DNA from: an uncultured Parcubacteria group bacterium
Lineage (GTDB): Bacteria > Patescibacteriota > Minisyncoccia > UBA6257 > 2-01-FULL-56-20
Reading direction: 5' to 3'
DNA: 44,040 nt
Assembly: GCA_903944135.1 (NCBI GenBank)
Contig: CAJAQL010000001.1
Span: 1 to 44,040 of the forward strand
The stretch's first letter is position 1; each line of letters begins with the position of its first letter. The notes beneath the pieces were generated by a model. That model made no database searches. It saw only the letters and a list, made by a program, of their open reading frames with translations, and was not told the origin of the DNA. The position numbers and the translations under genes were made by a program. Of this stretch, positions 1-8,259 are shown one piece after another.

Positions 1-41
1 CGGCAACAAAAAATCGGCCATAAGCCGATTTTTTGTTGCCG
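1..41. terminator. Intrinsic (probably bidirectional) terminator downstream of the HIT gene
   Basis: Perfect 18-bp stem CGGCAACAAAAAATCGGC / GCCGATTTTTTGTTGCCG with a 5-nt loop, immediately after the HIT stop codon. Confidence 0.8.
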
Positions 42-461
42 TTAGACCTCCTTGCCTAAAATCTTTTTTTGGATCGCTTCGAGTGACTCCTGAGAAGCGG
101 CATGGACGACCGACTGCACCGAACCGCCACCGTCATCGTGCCAGCGCGGCATGATATGCACGTGGAGATGGTCGACCTCCTGGCCGCTTGCCCTACCCTG
201 ATTGATGCCGAAGGTCAGTCCGTCGGGATGAAGCGATCCCATAAGCAGTTTCGCCGTTTCCTTGACAGCTTTGAAAAGCGGCCCGATCTCCTCATCAGGG
301 AGCGCAACCAATGTCGCTGCGTGATATTTCGGGATCACCATCACATGGCCCGGTGTGCGCGGCATGATGTCGAGAAAAGCCACCGCACGGTCATCTTCAT
401 AAACGATCTTTGCGGGTATCGTTTTTGCCGCTATCTTGCAGAAAAGACAATCGGGATTCAT
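42..461 (-). CDS. HIT (histidine triad) family nucleotide hydrolase
   Basis: N-terminal DCLFCKI and the HLHVHI triad; likely ATG at 461 (TTG at 476 is an alternative). Confidence 0.93.
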   Translation of the reverse strand: MNPDCLFCKIAAKTIPAKIVYEDDRAVAFLDIMPRTPGHVMVIPKYHAATLVALPDEEIGPLFKAVKETAKLLMGSLHPDGLTFGINQGRASGQEVDHLHVHIMPRWHDDGGGSVQSVVHAASQESLEAIQKKILGKEV

Positions 462-490
462 AAAAAATGTTTTCAATTTATATCACTTCT

Positions 491-558
491 GTCGTCCCGC
501 TAGAAAACAGGACCCAAACCCTTCTTTCCTCCTGGATCCCGACCTTCGTCGAAATGAC
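491..558. repeat. Degenerate REP-like palindromic pair
   Basis: GTCGTCCCGC...GGACCCA and TGGATCCCGACCTTCGTCGAAATGAC resemble the 25951-26010 and 26552-26629 elements. Confidence 0.55.
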
Positions 559-564
559 CAGTTT

Positions 565-1869
565 TTATGCTTTCAGGCGTTTCTTGATCTCGTCGACAAC
601 CTTTGCAACAAGCACCGATTCTTGCGTGCCAGCACCAAGGTCACGAAGAATGACGCTGTGCTCGTAGATTTCCTTTTGCCCCAAGATCAACGCAAGTCCG
701 ATGCCTTCTTTATCGGCAACCTTGAGCTGGGCGCCGAGCGATTCCCTTGCAAGCGCTTCCGTAACGCAGATGCCTGATTTCCGGAGCTCCTCGCGCAGCG
801 AAAAAGCGTTCTTCTTGGCGAGTGCGCCGGCATGAGCCAGAAATACTTTTTTGGGCGAGCGCGCCGGCGGAACGATTCCCTTTGCCTGCATCACGGCGAT
901 AATGCGCTCGACGCCGAGAGCACCGCCCAAGGCCGGCGTCGCATGTCCTCCGATCATCTCCATCAGATAATCGTAACGGCCGCCGCCGCCAAGAGCTCCG
1001 ATCTCCTCTTCCTTGCCGTCCGCAAAAAATTCAAAGACGGTACGATTGTAGTAATCGAGGCCGCGCACAAGACGGGGATCAACCTCGTAAGAAATTCCAA
1101 CCTCCTCCAAGTATTCAAGCGTCGCTCTGAAATGAGCCTTGCATACCGAACAAAGCTTATCGAGGAAGTTCGGCGCCTTCTCCTTGAACGGCTGGCACTG
1201 CGGCTGTTTGCAATCGAGCAATTTGAGCGGATTTGTTTTGAGACGTCGCACGCAATCCTCGCAAAGTTCCTTCTCGTAGTTCCGATAATAGTTCTGGAGC
1301 TGACGCTTGTAGTTCGGCCGGCATACACGGTCCCCGATCGAATTGATCTTCAATATCGGATTTTTTATTTTGAGCTCGGCGAGCAGATTTGCGATGATCG
1401 TGATGATCTCCGCATCATAAATGGCATCGTTCTGTCCGCCCAGTATCTCATAGCCGATCTGCGTGAACTGCCGGTAGCGCCCGAGCTGGGGACGATCGTG
1501 CCGGAACACGGGACCGACATAGAACAATCGCTGCGGCTGGGCAAGGCGACTCATGCCATGTTCGATATAAGCGCGGCAGATACCCGGCGTATATTCCGGC
1601 CGGAGCGCGAGCACATCGCCGCCCTTCGTGCGAAGAGTGTACATTTCCTTTTCAACAACATCGCTTTCCTCGCCGGAGGTCTTATTATAGAGCGCGGCAT
1701 CCTCCATGATCGGCGTCTCGATGGAACCAAAATTGTACGCACGCGCCAAGGATCGCGCCGCGGTTTCTATTTTCTCCCAATATGGCTCGTCGGCAGGAAG
1801 CATGTCATGCATCCCCTTCTGGGCCCGAAACGCTTCCGGTTTTTCTTTTGTCTTTTCTTTTTGATCCAT
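565..1869 (-). CDS. hisS: Histidine--tRNA ligase
   Basis: LALRPEYT, FRHDRPQLGRYRQF, LVRGLDYY, GGGGRYD and GVERI motifs; C-terminal anticodon-binding domain. Confidence 0.97.
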   Translation of the reverse strand: MDQKEKTKEKPEAFRAQKGMHDMLPADEPYWEKIETAARSLARAYNFGSIETPIMEDAALYNKTSGEESDVVEKEMYTLRTKGGDVLALRPEYTPGICRAYIEHGMSRLAQPQRLFYVGPVFRHDRPQLGRYRQFTQIGYEILGGQNDAIYDAEIITIIANLLAELKIKNPILKINSIGDRVCRPNYKRQLQNYYRNYEKELCEDCVRRLKTNPLKLLDCKQPQCQPFKEKAPNFLDKLCSVCKAHFRATLEYLEEVGISYEVDPRLVRGLDYYNRTVFEFFADGKEEEIGALGGGGRYDYLMEMIGGHATPALGGALGVERIIAVMQAKGIVPPARSPKKVFLAHAGALAKKNAFSLREELRKSGICVTEALARESLGAQLKVADKEGIGLALILGQKEIYEHSVILRDLGAGTQESVLVAKVVDEIKKRLKA

Positions 1870-1954
1870 GGAAATCGTCAATTTTTCAATTTAACAATTT
1901 TTGATTTTCAAGAGGAGGGACCGTACCACCGGATATCATTGAAAATTATCGTTC

Positions 1955-2503
1955 TCAGTACTTCGGCGCAGAAAAGGCCGTGATCTGATCGGGCGGCCAC
2001 AGCCGCACTCTCACTAATCCCACAATGTTCTTCGCAGGCAACGGTCCCCAGGCGCGCGAATCGTAACTATCGGGACGATTATCGCCGAGCAGAAGGTAGG
2101 TGCTCGAAGAAAGCGTATAGGTCTCATCGCCCGAAGTAACGGTTCCCTGCGGAAGATAAGATTCATCAAGAGTGAAGCCCGCGGGATGAACCGCATCGTA
2201 GATCGTCACCGTGCCGCTTGCGATCGCGACGCGTTCGCCGGGAAGCCCGATGATCCGCTTGATGAAATAGGTGCTGTAATCTTCCGGATCATGAAGCACG
2301 ACGACCTCGCCGCGTTCCGGCGGACGGATCCGATAGGTCAATTCGTCAACCAAAACATAATTACCTCCTGCGAAGTTCGGCTTCATGCTATCCCCGACGA
2401 CGGCGAACGGCTGAATAAGAAACGTCCGAATCAATATCACCGCAGCAACAGCGATGATGGCGATCTCAAAGATTTCAAGAAGGGAAGCTAAGAATTTTCT
2501 CAT
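1955..2503 (-). CDS. lepB: Signal peptidase I
   Basis: TM helix, GDSMKPN (catalytic Ser), FIKRIIGLPGE (Lys), LGDNRPDSYDSR; start trimmed to MRKFLASLLE. Confidence 0.95.
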   Translation of the reverse strand: MRKFLASLLEIFEIAIIAVAAVILIRTFLIQPFAVVGDSMKPNFAGGNYVLVDELTYRIRPPERGEVVVLHDPEDYSTYFIKRIIGLPGERVAIASGTVTIYDAVHPAGFTLDESYLPQGTVTSGDETYTLSSSTYLLLGDNRPDSYDSRAWGPLPAKNIVGLVRVRLWPPDQITAFSAPKY

Positions 2504-2565
2504 GCAGTGGGAATGACTATCTTCAATGCCTTTTATTATAGAGGCGGTTATGGAATAATCAAGGC

Positions 2566-3183
2566 ATGAGACAAGATTCCCCGGAGCTGCGGGAAGTTTT
2601 TGAAAAAAAACAGAGCGAACTTCATTCGGAGAATAACGCCGGAGAACAGCCCGCAAGGCCGTTTCTCGCCGTCGGCCTCGGCAATCCCGGAGCATCATAC
2701 GAAAATACCTATCATAACGCGGGGAGGATCCTGCTCGAATCGGTCGCTACAATATTCTCCGGGAGCAACGCGCTCACCTGGAAAACCTATAAAAGAATTT
2801 TTACCTACGCACAGAGCGGTGAACTGACTTTCGTGGAGCCGATGACCTTCATGAACGAATCCGGCAGGGCGGTTCGCGAGGCAGTTCGAAAATTCAACGT
2901 TGCGCCGGAAGACGTCATTATTTTCCATGATGACAGCGATCTTCCGCTCGGCACATGGAAAATCTCGCGCGAGCGCGGAGCGGCCGGACATCATGGCGTG
3001 GAATCGATCATCGCCGCGCTTGGCGTAAACAGTTTCACGCGCGTTCGCGTGGGTATTCGCCCCAAAGAAGAACACGGCAGGAAAAAAGCTGAGGAGTTTG
3101 TTTTAAAACCGATCACAAAAACAGCTCGCGTGCTTCTTGACGGCATTTCCGAGGATATCGCCAGAAAGCTTACGGAGCGGTAA
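2566..3183 (+). CDS. pth: Peptidyl-tRNA hydrolase
   Basis: VGLGNPG, TYHNAG, PMTFMNESG, HDDSDLP, GAAGHHG motifs. Confidence 0.95.
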   Translation: MRQDSPELREVFEKKQSELHSENNAGEQPARPFLAVGLGNPGASYENTYHNAGRILLESVATIFSGSNALTWKTYKRIFTYAQSGELTFVEPMTFMNESGRAVREAVRKFNVAPEDVIIFHDDSDLPLGTWKISRERGAAGHHGVESIIAALGVNSFTRVRVGIRPKEEHGRKKAEEFVLKPITKTARVLLDGISEDIARKLTER

Positions 3184-3195
3184 AATAGTCCTATT

Positions 3196-3783
3196 ATGAA
3201 AACAGCGACTGTTCTTACATGGCTTCTTGCCTATCGCTACGTCATCCTATTCCCTCTCGTCGTCATTGAGGGGCCGATCGTCACGATTCTCGCGGGATTT
3301 CTTGCATCGCTCGGCCAATTCAATCTTTTTATCTGCTTCCCTCTTATTGTCATCGCGGACGTTTTGGGCGACGTTATCATGTATGCTCAAGGCCGCTGGG
3401 GCGGAAAACTGGTCGTCGAACGATGGGGGCGCAATTTCGGTATCAAACCCGAAGTGATCGGACGGCTGGAAACACATTTCAAAAAACATCCAGGGGGTAC
3501 GCTCATTTTCGGGAAGGTCTCTCACTTCCTGGGCGGCCCTGTCCTCATTGCCGCCGGCATGGCCCGCATGCCGCTCTCGAAATTCCTCTGGTTCAATTTC
3601 CTGGGAACCCTGCCGAAATCGTTCATTCTGCTTCTTATCGGATTCTATTTCGGCCAAGCGTATGCAACATTCGACAAATTCTTTAAATTTGCCGGATGGG
3701 CCGCCATCTTGCTCGTGATACTCTGCCTTATCGTTTACATCCCCCTGTCGAAATTCGTCAAAAAATATCTGAAGGAAGAATGA
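3196..3783 (+). CDS. DedA/VTT family membrane protein
   Basis: Hydrophobic; LGDVIMYAQGRWGG and AAGMARMPLSKFLWFN DedA-like motifs. Confidence 0.9.
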   Translation: MKTATVLTWLLAYRYVILFPLVVIEGPIVTILAGFLASLGQFNLFICFPLIVIADVLGDVIMYAQGRWGGKLVVERWGRNFGIKPEVIGRLETHFKKHPGGTLIFGKVSHFLGGPVLIAAGMARMPLSKFLWFNFLGTLPKSFILLLIGFYFGQAYATFDKFFKFAGWAAILLVILCLIVYIPLSKFVKKYLKEE

Positions 3784-3902
3784 TCGATCCATCCGTCGCT
3801 GCGGCTCCCGAAAGATCCGGAGCCGGGATCGAATCTTGCCGAACCCTGGATTGCGCCTCCTCGGCGCCGCGGCACGGGAACGAAATGATAAAATAAACTG
3901 AC

Positions 3903-4928
3903 ATGGACTTTTCTCCTGAAAAAAAACGGGTTATGACGGACAAGGGCGATATTTATTATTTTGCCGCAGGTCCGGAAGAAAGCAATCAGACCGTGATATT
4001 GCTTCATGGTCTTTCGTCGAACCACACCACCTGGCTTACGCTCATGGAAAAACTCGCCGCACAGGGTATCCGGTCCATCGCACCCGATCTCCGCGGACAC
4101 GGTTTTTCCGATAAATCAAAAAGGAAAGAGTGGTACACCCTGCCCGTCTTTGCGGAAGATGTCCATCGGATCGCCGAACAGGAACGGTTGCAGGAATTCG
4201 ACATGGTGGGATACTCGTTCGGGGGATATGTTTCTCTTGCATACGCCGCAGCGAATCCCGGGATGCTTCGCAGGCTCGCTTTGGTAAGCACGAATTTCAT
4301 GAATCCCCTGCATTACCAAACTCTCTCACCCGCCGCCCCGATACTTGCGAAATTTTTCGACAGCCTTGCATGGTTCAGCTATCCGCAACGCCGCACGCAT
4401 TATCATTATTTCGAACAGGGAAAATCAACCGGCTATTTCGAATCGACGTTCACGGGACTGTTCACGATGCCGCTCTCGGTGAATTTTTGGACTCTTGCCC
4501 AAACTCTGCGGCTCGATCTCTCGGAATCGCTCCCGCTTATCTCCTGCCCTACGCTCATTGTCCGGAGCATGACCGATCCCTACCTCACCGAACAAGAGGT
4601 TGCGGATATGTCACGCAAGATAAAAAACGCCCATGCGGTAACGATCGCGGGCGACGGCCATTTCCTTGCATCAAGAAATCAGGATGATCTCGCAGGAAAG
4701 CTTCTGCCGTTTCTCATGGATGATCAAAATGAAATATCCGGTCCAAAAACATCCTTACGCCTCCAAAGATCTTCATTTCCCGCGAATACGAATATGGCGA
4801 AGAATATCGAGCCAGGAAAACAAAGAAGGATCAGGACAACGAGGATCCCTAAAAAACCTTCCCGCATCTCCTCTGTGATGCGGCGCCGGACAAAACCCCG
4901 AACCTCAAGCCGATCGGCAATGAAATAA
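3903..4928 (+). CDS. Alpha/beta-fold hydrolase (lipase/esterase-like)
   Basis: LLHGL, APDLRGHG, GYSFGG nucleophile elbow, D (TDPY) and H (GHF) of the triad. Confidence 0.9.
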   Translation: MDFSPEKKRVMTDKGDIYYFAAGPEESNQTVILLHGLSSNHTTWLTLMEKLAAQGIRSIAPDLRGHGFSDKSKRKEWYTLPVFAEDVHRIAEQERLQEFDMVGYSFGGYVSLAYAAANPGMLRRLALVSTNFMNPLHYQTLSPAAPILAKFFDSLAWFSYPQRRTHYHYFEQGKSTGYFESTFTGLFTMPLSVNFWTLAQTLRLDLSESLPLISCPTLIVRSMTDPYLTEQEVADMSRKIKNAHAVTIAGDGHFLASRNQDDLAGKLLPFLMDDQNEISGPKTSLRLQRSSFPANTNMAKNIEPGKQRRIRTTRIPKKPSRISSVMRRRTKPRTSSRSAMK

Positions 4929-4943
4929 GCTTTAAAAAATGCC

Positions 4944-6131
4944 ATGAAAATAGCCATTTGGAGCGATACCTTTCCCCCGCAGGTGAACGGCGTCGCAAGC
5001 GTTGCCAGAGACCTTGCGGATGCGCTCACGGAACTCGGGCATGACGTCGCAATATTCACCGTGATCGGAGAGGATCGCGCCGAAAAGCAAACCGGAGACA
5101 AAACGTTCACCGTGCACAAAATACCGTCGTTCTCCATGCCAAAATCCATCTATCCCGGGGAAGGGCTCTCGGTTGCGCTTCTACCGGGACCCGGAACGAT
5201 CCGCACGCTCAAAGAATTCAAACCCGATATCATCCACGCTCACACGCCATTTCTCGCCGGATGGGGCGCGGTGATGGGAAAAACCATACTGAACGTTCCT
5301 CTCGTAGGAACGCATCATACCTTTTTCGATGATTACCTGAAACACGTAAAACTTGATTATCCATGGGGAAGAAAATTCTCCTGGCAATATACGGTTACCT
5401 ACTACAATCGTGCGGATGCGGTTACAAGTCCGTCACGCGCGCTGGGATCCGCGCTCATAGAGCATGGATTGACCTCTCCCATGCATATCATCCCCAATCC
5501 GGCAGACACCGATTTTTTTGTTCCGGTACAAAGCGCCTCTCTCAAAAAAGACCTTAAAGAACAATTCGGTACCGGAGAACATGCCATCGTCTATATGGGA
5601 CGCGTAAGTTACGAGAAAAGCATCGATCAGGCCCTCGAGGCTTTTTGCATCGCACTGAAGGAAATGCCCAATGCAACGTTCATGATCGTCGGCGACGGGC
5701 CTGAACGAAAAAAACTCGAGGGTTTGGCGCGCGAGCTTGGGATCGGAAAAAAGATCATCTTTACCGGCATGCTCCATGGCGAAAAACTCAGGAATGCGCT
5801 CTGGGCAAATGATGCCTTCATTACGGCAAGCCAAAGCGAGAATATGCCGATCTCGATTATTGAAGCGATGGCCTGCGGCCTGCCGGTCGTGGCGGTACAT
5901 GCAAGAGGGATCCCCGATATCGTACACCACAATGAGAATGGATTGCTCGCCCCGCCCGGCGAGCCGAAGCTCCTCGCCCGTGCCATCGTTGAAATTTTTT
6001 CTTCGCCGGAAAGCCTTCGCAAAAAAGGAAATGCGTCGCGCAAACTCGCAGAACAATATTCGAAAAAGAATATTGCACGATCCATGGTTGCACTGTACGA
6101 AGCGATCATTAAAAGCCCATCTCAAAGATAA
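4944..6131 (+). CDS. GT4 glycosyltransferase, monoglycosyl-diacylglycerol synthase-like
   Basis: SDTFPPQVNGV N-terminus, GRVSYEK, ENMPISIIEAMACGLPVV (EX7E). Confidence 0.88.
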   Translation: MKIAIWSDTFPPQVNGVASVARDLADALTELGHDVAIFTVIGEDRAEKQTGDKTFTVHKIPSFSMPKSIYPGEGLSVALLPGPGTIRTLKEFKPDIIHAHTPFLAGWGAVMGKTILNVPLVGTHHTFFDDYLKHVKLDYPWGRKFSWQYTVTYYNRADAVTSPSRALGSALIEHGLTSPMHIIPNPADTDFFVPVQSASLKKDLKEQFGTGEHAIVYMGRVSYEKSIDQALEAFCIALKEMPNATFMIVGDGPERKKLEGLARELGIGKKIIFTGMLHGEKLRNALWANDAFITASQSENMPISIIEAMACGLPVVAVHARGIPDIVHHNENGLLAPPGEPKLLARAIVEIFSSPESLRKKGNASRKLAEQYSKKNIARSMVALYEAIIKSPSQR

Positions 6132-6144
6132 ACATCAAAAAAAT

Positions 6145-7170
6145 ATGAAAATCTGCCTCTATCTCGAATATTATCACCTAGCAGGAGGACGGCTCTATAA
6201 AAACATCGGTACCGGCCTTCTCTCTTCATACCGCAACCAGAAAGAGGTTCTCACAAGGAGCGGCATCGAATTCATCGAAACATGGGATGAATCCTGCGAC
6301 ATCCTTCAGATCAACACTCCTTGGTTCAATTCGATCCGCCTGATCCACAAAGCGCATCGCCTGGGTATGCCGGTCGCGATCTGGTCGCATGTCACCGCAG
6401 AGGACAGCCGCGACGTCTTTTGGTTCGGCAAGCTCACCTATCCCCTTGTGCGACGCTACCTGACCTATGCTTACGGTCTCGCGGATATCGTATTTTGCCC
6501 GAGCGAATACACTAAATCGCTTCTTGTTCGCTACGGTCTTGATCCTAAAAAGCTCGTTGCCGTTTCGAATGGCGTCGATGTTCATGTTTTCAAGAAAGAC
6601 GAAGAAAAACGCGCGGCGGCGCGGGATGGATATCATTTGAACGGCATGGTCATCGGAACCGTCGGACTCGCTATTCCGCGCAAAGGCATTGACACGTTCA
6701 TTGTGCTCGCCCGCAAATTCCCGCAGCATACGTTCGTCTGGTTCGGAAAGATCTACAGTTCATTCCTTGCAAAACCCTTGCCGAAAGACCTGCCACCGAA
6801 CGTGATGTTCACGGGCTACGTGAAAGATATCGTCGCCGCATTCAACGCGCTCGATATTTATATTTTTCCTTCCTACGAAGAAAACCAGGGCATGACAAAC
6901 GTAGAAGCTGCCGCAATAGGCGTGCCGATGCTCTTGCGCAATCTGCCCGCCTATCGCGGCTATTTCACCGACGAGAGCGATTGTCTTATGGCGCAGAACG
7001 AGAACGAATTCGCCCCGAAGCTTGCGCGGCTTTTGGAAAACAAAGAAGAACGCGACCTTCTTGCTGCGCGCGCCAAGGAACGCGTTGTCAAAGAACAATC
7101 CCTCGAGGCCTGCGGCGAAAAAATGCGTATGCTCTACGAGCAACTTTTGAAGAATCGGAAAAGATTATAA
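6145..7170 (+). CDS. GT4 glycosyltransferase, diglycosyl-diacylglycerol synthase-like
   Basis: Start trimmed to MKICLYLE; SHVTAED, PRKG, FPSYEENQGMTNVEAAA (EX7E). Confidence 0.85.
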   Translation: MKICLYLEYYHLAGGRLYKNIGTGLLSSYRNQKEVLTRSGIEFIETWDESCDILQINTPWFNSIRLIHKAHRLGMPVAIWSHVTAEDSRDVFWFGKLTYPLVRRYLTYAYGLADIVFCPSEYTKSLLVRYGLDPKKLVAVSNGVDVHVFKKDEEKRAAARDGYHLNGMVIGTVGLAIPRKGIDTFIVLARKFPQHTFVWFGKIYSSFLAKPLPKDLPPNVMFTGYVKDIVAAFNALDIYIFPSYEENQGMTNVEAAAIGVPMLLRNLPAYRGYFTDESDCLMAQNENEFAPKLARLLENKEERDLLAARAKERVVKEQSLEACGEKMRMLYEQLLKNRKRL

Positions 7171-7209
7171 AAAGATTAAACCTTTCTTTTCTTTTTTACC
7201 GCCATCGGT

Positions 7210-8250
7210 ATGGTGGGAAATATGGAGAAAGAAGCTATTTTTTATCACGCCATCGCTCAGCATGCTGCGGGCAGCTATGCAGATATCTCGCGTCTCAAGA
7301 AGAACTTTGCGAGCTGGGAGGAAACGTATCGAGCAATACCCGATCTCCGAGACGCGCCGAACCCCGAAATGGCTTATGAAATGCTGCGCAAAAGCGGTAT
7401 TTCGCTTGCGCTTAAAGAAGATTCGCGATATCCGCTCTTGCTCCGCGAGATCCCTCATCCACCGTTCGGCATTTATATAAAAGGGATGCCGCCCGAAAAC
7501 GATCAATTGACGATCGCAATCGTGGGAACGCGACGGGCGACGCCCGACGGAAAAAGCACCGCCCGCAGCTTCGCCGCCAAGCTCGCACGTGCAGGCATCT
7601 CTATCGCGAGCGGACTTGCCTTCGGCGTCGATACCGCTGCGCACGAGGGATGCCTTGATGCTGGAGGCAGAACTATTGCCGTCCTCGCCTGTGGCCTTGC
7701 GAATATCTATCCCCGGAACAACGAGTCCATTGCACGGAAAATCCTCACCCAGGGCGGCGCGATCATCTCAGAATATCCGCCCGACATGCCGGCATATCCA
7801 TCACGATTCCTTGAGCGCAACCGCATCATAAGCGGCATCTCCAAAGGCACGCTCGTCATTGAATCGCCGGAACGGTCAGGCTCGCTCGCAACCGCGCGGT
7901 TCGCTTTTGAGCAGAATCGCGACGTGTTCGTCGTGCCCGGCGGGGTCGCTCATCCAAACTTCAAAGGCTCGAATCAGCTCATTCGCCAAGGCGCCGAGCT
8001 TATCACTTGTACCGAGGATATTCTTGAATCATATGGCATATTTAAGGAAAAAAGAGACGTCTCTCTCGCCGCCAGAACACCCGAAGAAAAAACCATTCTG
8101 GAATTTCTTGCGCAACTTGACGGAGCTGCGGACATTGACAAAATAATCGATCTGACTAAACTTGAACCCCGTATTGCGAACCAGACCGTCAGCACGCTCT
8201 ATATTAAAGGACTGATAAAAGAGCAAAGCGACGGATATATGATAAACTGA
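7210..8250 (+). CDS. dprA: DNA-processing protein DprA
   Basis: YPLLLREI, AIVGTR, SGLAFGVD, FLERNRIISG, SGSLATA motifs; C-terminal wHTH. Confidence 0.96.
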   Translation: MVGNMEKEAIFYHAIAQHAAGSYADISRLKKNFASWEETYRAIPDLRDAPNPEMAYEMLRKSGISLALKEDSRYPLLLREIPHPPFGIYIKGMPPENDQLTIAIVGTRRATPDGKSTARSFAAKLARAGISIASGLAFGVDTAAHEGCLDAGGRTIAVLACGLANIYPRNNESIARKILTQGGAIISEYPPDMPAYPSRFLERNRIISGISKGTLVIESPERSGSLATARFAFEQNRDVFVVPGGVAHPNFKGSNQLIRQGAELITCTEDILESYGIFKEKRDVSLAARTPEEKTILEFLAQLDGAADIDKIIDLTKLEPRIANQTVSTLYIKGLIKEQSDGYMIN

Positions 8251-8259
8251 ACAAAAGTC

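Noticed and set aside
5737-6144. N-terminal extensions in the ORF track (also lepB, 23040-24167, 31523-33148, cca, DUF167)
   Set aside because: They overlap neighbouring genes or repeats; downstream ATGs match family N-termini
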